Source of the DNA: Antedon mediterranea
Taxonomy: Eukaryota; Animalia; Echinodermata
Assembly: GCF_964355755.1 (NCBI RefSeq)
Contig: NC_092677.1
Span: 2,378,101-2,442,100, forward strand
Length of the DNA stretch: 64,000 nt
Direction: 5' to 3'
The position numbers and the translations under genes are program-made. This document shows, in pieces, positions 25,301 through 40,329 of the stretch (position 1 is the first letter of the stretch; each line of letters opens with the position of its first letter). The notes under the pieces are model-generated. The model saw only the letters and a program-made list of their open reading frames with translations. It ran no database searches and was not told the DNA's origin.

Positions 25301-28300
25301 AAAACTGTAATTTAATCATGAAATAAAGATTACTGAATGAATGAGGTAATTGTTTAACCGAAATCTGATACAACAAGCATTTTTGTAAAATATCGATAAC
25401 GATATCTCTATGACGTAATCGAATACCAATAGAACGGAGATACATTCAAAAGTCTAATCAGTATCATTTCGATATCTTAAAACAATTCCAGGCGTTTCAT
25501 TTGATCTATTTCTTCTTTTTTTATTCAGCCACGTTTTTTTTTAAATTGCTAAAAAAGTCTTATAACTTTTTTCATTATGTTCATCATGAAACTTTATACG
25601 CACATATGATAAATATCGTGGACGCGCGTGCACAAGCTGTTATTAATGTGTTGTTATCTCAATAAGTACACGCGCAATAATCGCCGAATGATGATAAAAA
25701 AAGTATTAAAAAAAGAAAGTTTATTTTAAAGCCAAATTTACAAAAGATATTTTGAATTTGTATAAAGTCATCATTATTTCCTTAATAACATGAATAAGAT
25801 AGAAGAAGTAGTTAATGCCACTAGCGTGTATTGTGATTGTAACTTGGAGGTGGATGAGGAGTGCTCGCTGCTCATTGTAATGTTTAATGTATTGTGATTG
25901 TAACTTGGAGGTGGATGAGGAGTGCTCGCTGCTCATTGTAATGTTTAATGTATTGTGATTGTAACTTGGAGGTGGATGAGGAGTGCTCGCTGCTCATTGT
26001 AATGTTTAATGTATTGTGATTGTAACTTGGAGGTGGATGAGGAGTGCTCGCTGCTCATTGTAATGTTTAATGTATTGTGATTGTAACTTGGAGGTGGATG
26101 AGGAGTGCTCGCTGCTCATTGTAATGTTTAATGTATTGTGATTGTAACTTGGAGGTGGATGAGGAGTGCTCGCTGCTCATTGTAATGTTTAATGTATTGT
26201 GATTGTAACTTGGAGGTGGATGAGGAGTGCTCGCTGCTCATTGTAATGTTTAATGTATTGTGATTGTAACTTGGAGGTGGATGAGGAGTGCTCGCTGCTC
26301 ATTGTAATGTTTAATGTATTGTGATTGTAACTTGGAGGTGGATCAGGAGTGCTCGCTGCTCATTGTAATGTTTAATGTATCGTCGACGCGCGCTAAAAAT
26401 CATTACAACACTATTCTTTTAAAAACAGCAATCGTTTGCCGTCAAAATCTTTGCAGTGTTATTAATTAACTGTCCATTTCGGTGCATTAATTCAGTATTT
26501 TTATACAGATATTCAGACAAAATAAGTGATAGGCAACAACTATTTATTTAAAACGGACCTGGGGATTTGAAAAAACACCCTAGAACATGACGAAGAATAA
26601 GGTATTTGCAAATGGCGGCGGTAAGTAAATGTATAAACATAGATAGGCTTGACGACCTAGTCTGAAATCATAAAATCAGACTTTATTTTTCTGATAAAGG
26701 TAAAAAGACCGAACTAGATATCGAATGATTACACTAATATCGAGTAGCAAGTAGACTTTTTTATTTAGCCTCGTCATCATTTTAACTTATCTACCATTTC
26801 AATATGTACAGCATAAGGCACGTGCTAAAATCGATTTTATCTCAATTATATTTTAATTCTAATTTAATATTTTAATAACCACAGCACAAAGTAACCTAGA
26901 ACATTTGTTAAAATGCAGAATGCAGAATCCGGTGCAGGGGCGTTATACAATTACAGAATATAGTGCAGGCCTACACCATGTGAAGAAAAATATAACTTAA
27001 AGTTGTTAAACTTGTTTACGTCTGGTGGCGTGCCTTAAAATATTAAATAATAATCATATAACAAACAAATCAGAAAGAATTTGCAAAGAAATAAAGAGAT
27101 TATAGGGGTAATAATTCTGTTTCGCAAAACCCGGTCTCTGAAAGTTTAAACAAAGTACTGATAGTTCTTGTTGCCGGGAGCTGCTTCTTGTGAATTGACA
27201 TTTTTCTCTCCATTAAATTAGTTCTTAAAACAGTGTTTATTTTTACGTTTGCAGTGTTATTCTATTCCGGGCGCACTCTATGGTGTTATGTTTTTATGGC
27301 GTAATAATATAACAAAGGAGTAAAATCGGATTTCATTTCTGCAAACTTACTTTTTGCAAACAAAAAAAACGAATTATTATTAGGTAAGCGATATCTCTGA
27401 GAATTGATGTAAAATTTACGCGATACCGAGATGACATAGTCACTCCTGTCACAGTTAACATTCATGAGATATACGCATAATTTAGTCACGTGCCGACTGA
27501 AATACGAATAACATTACGCGCTAGGAATCAGCCAATGGCACAAGAGATAGAGACTTGAGCTAACTCATAATGGACTTCTTGTCATTAATGAAACCAGCGT
27601 AATTAAAACGCTCGAGTCTTTTTATATGCGTACCTTGTTTTTTGCATAATTTCACGGAAATAAAAAAAGCGTATTTATGCGTACCTGAATATTTTTCGTT
27701 CCTTTCGTCAAAGAGTTTTTACCTCGCAAACTCAGCGTTCTATCCAACGAAATTAATTTAATATGACACGCAAAATGTGCTTAAATATGTTGTTAATGTA
27801 TGTAAACTAATGACACGTGGTTTTTTTAGGGAAATATGAGTTGAAATTATGTTAAATTAAAAATCGAATTAAAAATTAAAATACATAATGCTATGTTGCT
27901 GTTGGAGCAACGATTTGAAAATAAAACATTTAAAACCAGAACATCTATCATCTGCTCGTCAAAAAGCATTTTATGCAAAATTCTGACATTTGCATAATGC
28001 AAAAAGCTATAGAGAGCAGAGTAAAACATTTGTTAGTGTTACAACATTTAATTAATGTTACTAACATGATATTCATAGTGAATACATTAGCATAACTTCT
28101 CTTGTTTTCTTTTAAAAAAATATTTTAGTAAGTAAATTTCTAACCCTTCGATGACTCGTATCACTGTAGAGTAATTGTGAGAATTTATCTGAGATCCTAA
28201 ATAAGTCAACAAAAAGCTAAATAAAAGCGAAAAAGAAATTTCCAGAAATGTGTTAATTTATTTTTAAAAAAGACTTTGAATTAACAATTTCGTTGCAATG

Positions 28301-30823
28301 TATTTGCAAAACGAAGTTTAGAAAGCGACAAAGCTTAGAAATTCGTTAGCCTCTATTTAAAGAAAAATCATTTTTCTTCCTCCAAAAATATCTTTCCTAA
28401 CATATTTAGTATTTTCTTTGGAATATATTTGCATCTTTTTACGTTTTTGCCAGACGTTTGTGATTTTGTTTGTTATCACATAAACGAAACAAATAAATAT
28501 GAATGTGAAATAGAAATATGGTTGTACACTCGTCAAAATTATGTTGAACTACTGTCGCTAAACATGAGGTTAACTTTATAAACATTAATTAGCGATTAAT
28601 ATTTATTATTTGTATATTAAACAACACAATTCATTTTATTTTGCAAACAAATTCATTGTATACATTCACAAGGGTTAGAAACCCTTCGAAAGCTGTGAAT
28701 AAAAAGTGACAAGTGCATTTTACAAACTATCGATAGTAACAGATTGATTTTAACAGCACATCTAATATAATGGTCGAAAAGGCAAGTAAATTTGTATATA
28801 AAAACCAAATTTTGTGTTGAAATTTGCAACGAAGTGCTTTATCTATTTAGCAAATGTAACAACATTCATAATTTGTATCGTGTTATCTGTCACATTTTAT
28901 TGGTTTACCGGTACCTAGACGCAAATCACTCTTTCCTTAAAAGTCACTTTTTTTATTCCTATTACAAGCTTTACAATAAATGCATTTAGCGACGATTTCG
29001 ATAAATTATCAATAAAAATTCTCAATAAAATTGCGTTTCAGCAACATTCATAAAATTACTCTTAAATTACCAGGGTTTTAGAAAGTTTCTTTTTTGTTCA
29101 ATTGCATGATTCGAATGATTTTGCTTGCACTTTACATTTTCGTTGTAGCAAGTCAAATGTGACATAGTGAAATGATACACAATAACCACATTCTGCTCCG
29201 TAGGCTAGTTAGCAAATGGAATAGCAAACAATTAAATACAAAACTATGTTTCCTATTAAAAAAAATCAGTAGTTATAATATTGATAATCAAAATCTTCAT
29301 GGTGAAATCGTTTGATAAATTGTTCCCTACCTTCCACATTCTTATAAATTTATGTTAAATATTATTCTTCGACAAGAAAACGAAACTTCGTTTATAAGGT
29401 TTGAACATTTTCCATCGATTGCTGAGGCCGCGAAAATACTGCCAAGCAATCATCGTAACAACATGAAGGTGAACTAAACAGGCCTAGGGGCCCAGGCCTA
29501 GAATTATCATAAAAGCAAGCCTATTAATATAAAAGCAAGCCTAGTAATATAAAAGCAGTTCCAATATTAAACGGGCTCAATGAATAGTACAATGAATGAT
29601 TTGATTTAAAAACCAAAATGATCACACATCGTCTTCTTTGTGCAAAGGTACACTTATCTGCATGCTATTGGTTATAATTATCTTTTTTACGAAACTATTC
29701 TGCACATTTATACAGACCCGTTAAACTGTACATCTTACAAATACTAATTCCTCTTTCACATGGCCTAGCCAAACTTACAAGCACCGAGATGAATATCGTA
29801 ACAACGGAGAGGAGGTGTAAGCTCCGGATTTTTCCTAGGCTATTTCAAAGGCATATTTAAAATATGAATACTAATAGTTAATAATTATCAACAGTCTGCT
29901 GCATAACATGATTTTAAATTTGTGTTTTCTTTAAAAACATATTTACCGTTACTTTCAGAAATTTAAACATCTTTCAGGAAAGGATGCAATATGGTGCACA
30001 AGTATTTAAACATTTTTTTTAGAAACGTAAAGTATTTTGCGACATATTTTTCGCTTTGTTTGCATCATTATAGGTTGTTATATTGCTGTTAACATCATTT
30101 GTTGTGTTTGCTTGCAAAAATATAATATTTAGTTTTCATATATTTAAATATCTTTCAGGAAAGGTATGCAATATGCTAAGTATTGATACATTCGTTAAGT
30201 TTTGTTGTATTTTTTTTTTGAAACATAATGATGTATCTTGCGACATGTCTTTTTAGTCGAGCAAGAATTGCTAGGTATGTTATATCTATATGTTAACACC
30301 ATTTAGTCTTTGTTTGCACAACTGTGCCGTCTATAAGTTTTAGCAATTTAAGCATCTTTCAGGACAGCAATATGATAAGTATTGACGCATTAGTTAGCTT
30401 TTTTTAGGAAACACAATCATCATCATCTTTTAGTCTTGCTTGCATTGCTAGGTATGTTATTACTACAGTATGTTAACACCATTTTAAATTAGTGATGTAA
30501 TGTTGTTAGCAATCAGTATCTACTTTGCAATGACATTCTGAGATGCATGTAATATATTATTTATGATTCTTAAGATGATACAACTACACGAATATTCACA
30601 ATAACCAGATGGGTAGTTAGTACAATGCATCAAATTAATAAAACATTATAAACGGGTATGTATGTATCGTGATGCTAAAATCAGTGTGCATGATGCATGC
30701 AATAACGACAAGGTATTAAAGCTTACCTGGACGCCAAACTGAAACCCCTGGGCTAGGTATGGGCTCTTGTTGCCCTGTTGGAATGACCGGTGGATTCTTC
30801 ATAGAGGCGTGAAAGTGCATCAT
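19399..30823 (-). CDS. ERF: ERF/ETV3-subfamily ETS transcriptional repressor, 697 aa; coding exons 30823-30727, 22262-22149, 21407-21173, 21046-19399
   Basis: [26 protein letters not shown]...[11 protein letters not shown]|[31 protein letters not shown] is the ERF/ETV3 ETS domain. C-terminal [10 protein letters not shown] matches the ERF/ETV3 motif, and FQFP is an FxFP ERK-docking type motif. The two 5' exons are inferred from GT-AG sites, phase (total 2094 nt) and an in-frame upstream TGA. An acceptor at 30963 implies a further non-coding exon that was not located. Confidence 0.92.
22860..23075 (-). mobile_element. RTE-like LINE 3' fragment in an ERF intron
   Basis: [18 protein letters not shown] resembles the RPxGRPxxRWxDxIKxDL C-terminal motif of RTE-type ORFs. 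A second copy of the tail lies at 2178-2260. Confidence 0.6.
23484..23660. repeat. 42-bp minisatellite, about 4 copies
   Basis: Repeated cgcgcgcgttcaagtaatgatgaatatgttactagttttgca units. Confidence 0.9.
25827..26380. repeat. 61-bp minisatellite, 9 near-identical copies, in an ERF intron
   Basis: Unit tgtattgtgattgtaacttggaggtggatgaggagtgctcgctgctcattgtaatgtttaa; one substitution seen, in the last copy; no spacers. Confidence 0.97.
29960..30485. repeat. Old degenerate tandem triplication (~180-205 bp unit)
   Basis: atttaa(a/g)(c/t)atctttcagga...gcaatatg...aagtatt recurs at about 29961, 30142 and 30346. Confidence 0.65.
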
Positions 30824-31799
30824 ACTGTCTTGCAACAACCCGTACTCAACTAACTTAACGCAACGACGACGACAAGGAGGAGGAGGAGGAGGCGATCAAC
30901 AACCAATTCGCTTGCTGCGTGGACACTGACTCAATCCCTCGATAAACCTGCGCGGCAAAATACCTGTAATAAAACAAATATGGAATTAGAGAAAGGAAAA
31001 GAAATGCTTGAGCTTTCGTAATCAGGATGGCAAATGGGAGTATCCGCTGTCACTGATAATATACAGGTCGGTTAAGTGGAGTTTAGCTAAATTCGAAAGT
31101 TTTAAATAGAAATCAGAACGAAATAAAAAAACGTGCTTATAAGCTACAGTATCAGCTTACTGTATTTTTCAATCTTCCTAAAAATGCAATTTAACTGAAA
31201 CTTATGTACTTATTTATAGAAAGTTAGGCTCTTAAAAAAGCAGGTCTATTTATAGCATAAAAAATAAGGCATTATACGGTAAGATTGATAGATATTACGT
31301 CATATTGATAAAGAACAATGCGTATTGTATCATAGACATCACGCGTATATTAGTACTATTGTTATCGAGTGACGTTGAGGTGCGCGTATCTCGGCCGGCC
31401 ACGTAACATAACGTGACTACGAATACAATCAATGCACGTTGAGAAACAAACAATTATTCTCGTAAATGTGCAGAGAATTAAAATGATGATAACCAGACCA
31501 ACAATTAATTAATAACGTTGTTTGCCAACTAAATATAATTTGTCTAAATGCGCTGCTGTCGAAACAATCGAAACAATATCAAACTAATTAATTAATCACT
31601 CAATAGAGAATTACTGTACGTATTTAGTTTGACAGATACGGGGATATTGTCATTTTAATGCAGTTAGTCAGATTACAGTCAAACTCATATGGACAATCTC
31701 CAGAAAATAATAAGGCTGTACTGTGTGCTTGTGCAATGGTGTATTATCTACCTATTTGATCCAGGGGATGGCACTTGGGGCTGACGTCTCCTTCTTTTA

Positions 31800-32003
31800 A
31801 GTGTGGTTCCCACTCTAGAAAGCAACGCAGTATCGATGCAAAGTGTTGTATTACGTAAACACAAGTGGGAACCAACGACGCAATAGTGTTGCAAACATCG
31901 CAGGTTTGATTTCACGCAGGCGGGGGCAAACACAATTATTAGAAGGGCATTTGTTTACGTTACGTAGATTGCGTTACGTTGCGTCGCTAGTGGGAACCCA
32001 GCT
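31800..32003. mobile_element. Tourist-like MITE
   Basis: agtgtggttcccact ... ctagtgggaacccagct with TTA on both sides. Confidence 0.75.
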
Positions 32004-35000
32004 TTAGCAAACACATTACAGTGTGTTTGATTGATCGGCGACGCCCTTGAGTGAAATTCCCACTTAGGGTATGTCTCCGTGAAATTATCATCTATTATTA
32101 ATTTGTTGACTTTCGTTAATACCTAGAAAAAAATCTGTTACTATTTTCCCGAAGCTTGTCATGGTTTTTAAAAATCATACACAACGACACATGACCTTGA
32201 CTGTGACATTCAGAACGAAGGAGACAAAAAGAAGTAATAAAAATGATCATTTTCACTCATTCTACCTACGCTTCCATGAAATTACTAATTATTAGTACAA
32301 ATGAAACACTATTTCGGGCTATAATGAATATAAGACAACCACGTTACACAACGTCACATAAATAATAGGATTTTGCTAAAACTACCCAATTCTTTGATTA
32401 ATCTGTTTCACCTGCTAATTCTTTTGCCAAATTAAATGTCACATTGGGTGTAATTAAGTATCATTGTAAAAGTTTCACTGATTTTTCGTATTATGTTGCT
32501 TACTTGCTTTTCGTGCGGGTAGTTTCGAACGGTAAAAATCGAAACCACAATGTTAACAAGATGTGGAGAAAACGTCGGTGCGAGAAATGGTGATTGGATG
32601 TAACCACCGAGTACAGTTAGGCCTACACCCCACCGACGAGTTGCTAAGATAAAATACATGGTTTATTTTCTTAACAACCATGTTTTAAAACAAGGTACTG
32701 TACATGTTCTACAATAATTTGATTTTTGTTACAAATACAATATATCAATATTTTAATTTTAAAAAGTGTTGTCCCTTGATAGCAATCACAGAAATAAAAC
32801 GACCCCATTCGCGACAATATACTTCAATGTCTTCTTGGTAATTATTCCAAGGCTATTCGTCATTTTTATAAAATTTTCATTTTCAAACTAAATCCCAGGT
32901 GTAATTGGCTTTATCCATTGTGTGTCGTTATTTCATGTGTATTTTGTATATTTTCTTTTTTTAATTCTAATTGAATGGCATGTAGTTTTGACAAGACTTT
33001 GACATATGAATATGTAAATTCTTCATCACATAACGATCCCACACGAATTCGGAATTGTTAAACATTTATCACAAACAATTTCTATCAAGTTTAAATTTAT
33101 ATATTGCTGACAAACAAGTCTTTAAAACCTAATTCAAAATCTTTAAGAGCGTCGTCATCTTGAACAATTGCGTGTCCTTAATTTGAGGCGGCAGCTACGC
33201 GTCAAGAAAAAAACCGCGTTGTATTTATGTTGTAGGCCTAATATTGTAATATGATTACGCGTCGTCTTGTCCTCTGCAATTTTGTCATGCAATATTACGC
33301 GCCGTCTTCGTCTTGCGATTAGACGTCTTCTAGTCCTATGACGTTATGTGACGCGTCGACCCCAGTATAGTATGCGACGCGTGGCATTGGGTTTAATACA
33401 CGTCAATTTATACAACACTGTCAATGTTTACGCGTCAAGTCGTTAAAATATAAATCCTTATTGCAGTATAGATTTTTATCCTAAACACATTTATGTAACA
33501 TTTTTTTTTTATTTACTTACGTAAAATCTCCCAAGTTCATTTAATGATTTTTGGATTAGGCCTTTTAATCACTTAACTCCCTTTCACATTAGAAATTTCC
33601 AAGAATTTGATTATGCAACATAATAGAATAATAGTAACGGTATGGAATTATAACATTCGTTTAACAGTTGAAAGAGTCGTTACTTGATTTTTTTTAAATG
33701 ACATTTTCATTTTTCTAAATGAGATTAACTCTGAAATGTGGTATTTCTAAATAAAGTAAAAACCTTTTTTTTTATTGATAACAATCAGACGATGGGGACA
33801 ATGAACGCTGGTTGAGATCAAGAGAGTATTTCAATGACCAATCTATCATTTTCATTAATCACATACGAGTTTAAAATGGCTAAAAATAAAGACTTTACCT
33901 TGTCATTTTCCGACGGCGCCTTAAAAAATATTCAAACATCAAAATGTGATCAGTTAATAAAACAATTGTTTGGTGAAAATCCAAGGTCAAAGGTTAAAGT
34001 AAGAGGAATTAACTTAATAGTACTAACCTTTTAAAAAAATGTGGTCGTGGCGTTAGAACTCTTTCAAAACATGATCGTCAAACCTAAAAGAATAAAATTG
34101 ATTGAGTTTATTAAAGTTTAAGAGTTACAGCAGGCATCAGTTGTCTAATAGTACTAAGAGTCATCAGAACATGGAGCCAGAGATGTTTCCCCAGCATTCA
34201 TAAAATATTAATAGCAGTAATCATCAAAGTTGTAGGCTATGACGTTGTGAAACATATTTGACGACGACGCGCGCGTACTTGTCGCTAGTTAATTTAACCC
34301 ATTAATTTCAAACATGTCCAACGATACAGTGCTGCCTATAGTTTAATAAAAGCCTCAACAACATTATACCTGAACGTTTAATACAAACTAATATTCATAA
34401 TCCCAATAGGTGATAAATCTGAAGCAATCACATTGAAAATGACACGAAATAACGGCACTAGTAACAATATTAATCATGCCGACTAGATGTCGAGCGGATT
34501 GTGATATGTTGCGATCATCGCAATGAATTGTAAGCAAATTGTGTGTATAAAACGCAACAACCAACTCGATATATGCTTTGTTAAATTAATGAAGAGCGAA
34601 TGAATTTATCACAAAGTATTGAAACTTTATCCGAACGAACACACTACAAATAAATAAAACTAATACGATGACCATTAAAGATCAGCATTAGTAGTAAACG
34701 CAATAATGGGATTGCAAACTACAGAGCGCCGCCTATCGCCGAAGGGAAAACATTTAAGTTTAAAAAAAAGTGATTACGTCACTTATGTTTTGAAGTTTCT
34801 TATGCTTTAAAAAAGTATATATTTACATTTAATATGTTCTTATGATAAGGAAAAAAGAAACATGAACTATGCATTGTTTAATACAACTAACAGGCATTAA
34901 AGTTCCACACTGCATATGTCAAATAAAACAAGATTCACCATTTTAGTGAGTGTTGTATAAATATGTAACTGTAGCTCTACGCATAGTTTAGCTTTTATTT

Positions 35001-38000
35001 TCAACCTGTTATTGGTGTTTTACACTGTTGGTTTGATATAAAGAATAAATAAATAAATTTCTTTTTTTGTATAAAACATAAATATATATTTATTTTATTC
35101 AGTGAAACATTTTTTTAAATGATCGCTGAGGAGGGACAAGAGCTGTCAATGAAAACCAAATCGCCAAAGGTAACGTCTCTTTTATTTTCTAAAAATAAAT
35201 TATACTCTAGCAAAATATAATCCTTCTTATCCACAATACCCTGAATGGATCTCAAAATAAAAACGACTTAAAGATTGAAATGTGATCAGAACACGACCAA
35301 TGGCTTAATGACTGGACGACGAGCTTAAGGTCAGAATACTCGAGATGGACATCAATTAAGTACCAGATACAAAGATAAATGAAATGTCCATCCTACGTAA
35401 ATAAACTAAGCTGTTATTCTAATCCGTTCAAACCCACAATCAAATTACAGATATTTAGATTTGAAGCTGATATTATTAATACATACTACAAATACAAACG
35501 CTTTAGTTGTCAGCGAAAATCTAATCTTACTACAAGTCAATTATCAGTAAATCGTGTACGTTTATATAATATAACGATATTATTATTTAATATACTACTA
35601 CTGTTGAAGATATATCGGTTAGATTCCATTTTTATATAAACAGTATACACAATTTATACATATTATGAATACAATCAGAATCGATATCAAATACATACAT
35701 CATCTAATTGTATTGAGCTGCAAGATAATTGCGTACGTTATGGACGCGCGCGTAACTAATTAATTGGTTGGCATAAACAATTAATCACACACATTCACAT
35801 AGAATCATTACGACACTGCTGATAAAGAGAAAGCTGCAACAACATACCTTTTTAAATAATGCGCGTATATTTATGTGACGAGTAATATTTATAGTATTAT
35901 GTACATTTATCTGAATAAATTATGCCTTTTATTTTATTTCGTGTGAATTGTTAACAGACCTCTAAGCTACTTTATAAGGAAAGATGATATTAAAATGAAT
36001 ATATGGCTAGCTCGAGGAATATACTACAAGATCCCAAACAATCATTAACAACTAATTTATTAGATGTAATTCGAGTTTTTACAGAAAATTATTTCCTAAC
36101 AACGTGAATCATAAATTACGTTATAAATCAGTACATTATGATGTATAACGAAATGTCTTTTCTCACATGTAATCTATTCCGTAGTTTCAAACGTCAGCAA
36201 AATGACCACGTGATTACAAGGTACGTCATTTTCACGTGCCTGGGAATGTATTTTACATAACTCTGGATGCGTACGCGCGACGGGCTGTTTTTGTACCCTG
36301 GTCACGGATTACAGGTATTAACATTCCTCTGCAGGTTGTTTGCAGCATCATCTTGCAGATCTGCCACAATATTTCCATCATGAAACCAGGAATAGTTAAT
36401 GCGGACCGCTTGGATCAACCCATCATCACATCAGAAAGACAAAGACCTTGATTCTAATACAGATATTATTGTGATAAGACAGTTAACACAATCGTAAATT
36501 AAGTTACGACTTCGGATGTGGTCTCCAACGACCACGACTGTGATCATCAAGGTAAAAGAAACGTTTGTTCCGGTGTAACTCAAAACAGATATATACGTAT
36601 ACAACATAGCACATGGCGGTATAAATTAAGCCTCTATATAATAACATGATGATGATGCACAACAACACAGGCAATGCAATTTAGAATTCATCTATGGCCA
36701 ACAAATCTAGTAGTAGTAACAGTCTATTATAGTAAAGATATTTTGTTAACTAGACTAGAGAGGGTCAGCAACCTATAAAACCAACATCATATGAGGCTAA
36801 ATACATGTTAACCTTAACTAACCTGGGTAAGCTAACCTTACAGTTTGTATCCATTCCCCTGGTGGCAGCTACTACGGCGGCGGTAGGCTAGTTTTCAGAT
36901 ACTCGTTGCAAAATTTTGCTAAGCATTTACAAACGCGTAAATACAGTATTGTTGTGTTACCAAACCAACACTGAACGCAACTTTCTTTCCTTAAGCTCCG
37001 CGTACCTGGTCTATTCGTACCTGGGTCTAGCTATAGCAAACAAGGCACTTGAACGGAACTAACGTTGGTAACACACCTGATGATTTGACTGCCTGTGTTT
37101 ATACCTCAAATTCAATACGATAAATAAACGTGTGAACGGAGAGGCACAATCCTTGTTCCGCATGCCGCAAATATGCTGGAATTAAGGGTGCAGCGAGAGA
37201 TCGCAGATCGTAACCCCGGGCGGTACGTTAGTTCACCTACCTGTAATAGTTCTACCACCAACCCATACATTTAAATATATACATTGTTAGACATAAATTC
37301 ATCTTATGATAGTGATAGAGAATCATTCCCTGGAAATAAACACATAGTTGAAATGCCTTTGCGCTTATGCATTGTTGTTATTGCTAAGTAAGTACTGATG
37401 CCAAATTTTAAAAATAGCCTTTTTTTTAAGCATTGAGGGTGCTGGATACACCATTCTGATAATGGCATCTAAATAGGTTTCAGTACAGAAATCCTTTATA
37501 ACTAAACAACAAATATACTGATAACACTCACTATACAAAACAGGCCTACAAAGTACAATACTACTTCATACTCATGTATGACGTCATATCAACCAGACGA
37601 TTACTGGGTTGAATCTCGATTTGGGATTTACTCATTCTCACAACAAATTAACAGTTTAAACATAATTTATCAATTTCCACTAGGCGATATAACATTCTCT
37701 ATACCTGTACATGCTATATATTATTACTGGGCAATTTAAAGTTTATATGACTGTAAAATAACACTATTTTGTATCCGATACGAGCATCAGAATCATGTTG
37801 ATAATATATCATAAGATGGTTGACACCATGAACCATTCGATCACAATACAAATATTGTTTGCTCAATCTTGTTTGCATTAATACTTTCTTATCAGCAGCA
37901 CTGATATTTTAATATCAGATATCAAGTGGTATAACGATGGATTCTTTGTTAGCAACGCAATGATCAGCGCCACCAACGATCTGTTGTCACCACGTCTAAC

Positions 38001-38060
38001 GTTCTATCTACACTTATATCAAACTAGTTTGAAAATGTGATGTGCCTCAATATGAGTGGT

Positions 38061-38171
38061 ATGCCCAAATATGGTAGTGATATGACATCATCATGTCCAT
38101 ATATATGATCACATCACATATTTTTGTTACATAAAGTTTGATAGTGTAGACAGAGCTTTAGGGTGGTCCAA
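38061..38171. repeat. Dispersed ~120-bp repeat; second copy at about 39348-39484
   Basis: Both copies share aaatatggtagtgatatg...cataaagtttgatagtgtag...acagagctttagggtg. Confidence 0.7.
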
Positions 38172-40329
38172 CATTCTATAACCTAAATACCTGTATTCAT
38201 TATTCTATTGCAATATAAATCACCACAAGGTATATGTCAATATTTATAGTTACGTATTTTTATGTATAAAATTAAATAACTAACAAAACAAAGTTGTAAA
38301 CAAAATGATTCTCATTAAAATTTAATATCCTAATATATGAGTATTAAACGAGTTGTAAATGCAAGTAAAAATGTGATTATTTACGAATCAGACCGATTTT
38401 TACCTGCGTTCTGCAAAAGCAGTAATACATTTTACACGTTGCTTTGTTACAATAACTACGTCCGCTGACACGCAACTCCCATAGGATTGAAATCGCTTAA
38501 CTAATCAGTGTTAAAAGTATAGTGACGGTATAATGATTGCAGTGGATACAGGTTACATACAGAATTCATGACAATAAAAACAAGTAGCGGCGAGACAAAG
38601 ACAAGAATACCGCTACTACTAATAAAATAGAAAATAGGAAAGGATAAAAAAAGAACAAAAACGTTCGTCAACAAATCGTCGCGATAAGAACTAGTTATTT
38701 TTGCGAAGATAACACACCGCGAGCTTACTGCAAATTATCATTACTAATACCTTAAGGATACAACTCGAGTCGTTAGAACACAAGATGTATCTAAAGTCAA
38801 GTATAAAATATATGACGTCACAAATGATGGATAACACAAGCTAAAAACTGTGACAAGATATTCGTTATACGATAACTAACTCAAAACGATCCTTAAAAAA
38901 ATGACATAGATAGAATTAATACTTCAATAATAGTTATTATTGCTAATTCGGTGACGGTTAAATAAAGGGCAAACAATGACTACTGTAATGCTGAATACAA
39001 TGCTCAGATACTAGTATGATTTGTAGGCCTACATCTAGCGCCCTACATCATGTTGAACCTTTATTAAAATTGATCAATAAAAATACATACTAATATAGGT
39101 TATTTGTTGCGTAGAAGACTTAAATTTAAATTACGAATCTGGTGTTTGTGTAATGTTGTTTTTTAAAGGTAAAATGTAAACATAATTGAAATTTCCCGTA
39201 ATCTACTCAACTATTTATATCTTTCGAGCAAGAGTTACATAATGAAACGATATTAAATTTAATAATCCCATCGTACCCACGTGATTAAAAAATATTGTTA
39301 TCCAATCAGAGAATAACATTTCCATCATGCAACCTCGACTAGTGATGTGCCTAAATATGGTAGTGATATGCTTAAATATGGTAGTGATATGGCATCACCA
39401 GGTCCATATATGAGCACATTACATTTTGTTGTCGCATAAAGTTTGATAGTGTAGGCTAGACAGAGCTTTAGGGTGTGTTTCCAAAGTTCAGTCGCGGCTG
39501 GAGCAACGTTATTTCTAAAGCTTGGTTGGTTCGCACTACGCGCGTTACGTAACAATAACGTAAGCGCAACGCTCATTGGTCATCACAACATCTAACCTTT
39601 CGCATAAATTAATATCATATTTATATTATAGTTTCAATTATGGAGCTTAGTGAGGAATTAAGAACACAAAACAAGCTTTGCCTTGCGGATGTTGTGTTGA
39701 ACGGGAGGACGATCTTGCGGTGGTTTGATAAGCGTTTCTTATAGCGCAGTGGTTACATTTCCCGGAAAATAATACTTATTAAAATATCATTGGAGGACAG
39801 GTCTTTGTGTTAAGCAACAGAAAGTCCTTGTTGTTCAATTGTAAAATATGCTTGGGGAAGTAAATAGTTTGATAACACAATAAACATCTAAGTGAAGCGA
39901 ACTTTGAACCACCACAGAGGTGACGGACAGACGGCCTGGGTCGTCGTTTAAGTGTTACGCCTTTAAACTCAACGACTTCAGCCTCTAGCCTTTAATTGTA
40001 AAAATTCGTAAAATGGTACATACAGAAATAAACTATGTTATATCGATTATTGTTTCTGGCAAAGACCAAATAGGCTTACTTACTGCGGCAACTGACCCAA
40101 TAACAAGATAATGTTGTACTCCTGTATTAAATGAAATGAAAACGGATAAATACCGCCAACGCATCGTTTACGGAAGCAATAGAGCTCATTAAATATTATA
40201 AATAGAGCCTCTTGTATTAAAATACTATACATTTCCTATTAACACTATTATTAATATTCATAATCAACTTGTTTTCAAGAAAACCATTTTTAGGACCCGG
40301 ATTCATTAAATCAACATTAGTAGTCTTTA

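Noticed and set aside
25827-26380. CRISPR-like array
   Set aside because: Contiguous identical units with no unique spacers, in a eukaryotic intron.
36820-37245. GC-richer patch as ERF promoter or non-coding first exon
   Set aside because: Plausible position, but no unambiguous donor or start site could be assigned without transcripts.
39740-39770. tRNA/SINE A-box-like tagcgcagtggtta and a TTCCCGGAA STAT-like site
   Set aside because: No B-box or cloverleaf follows; single short motif matches are expected by chance.
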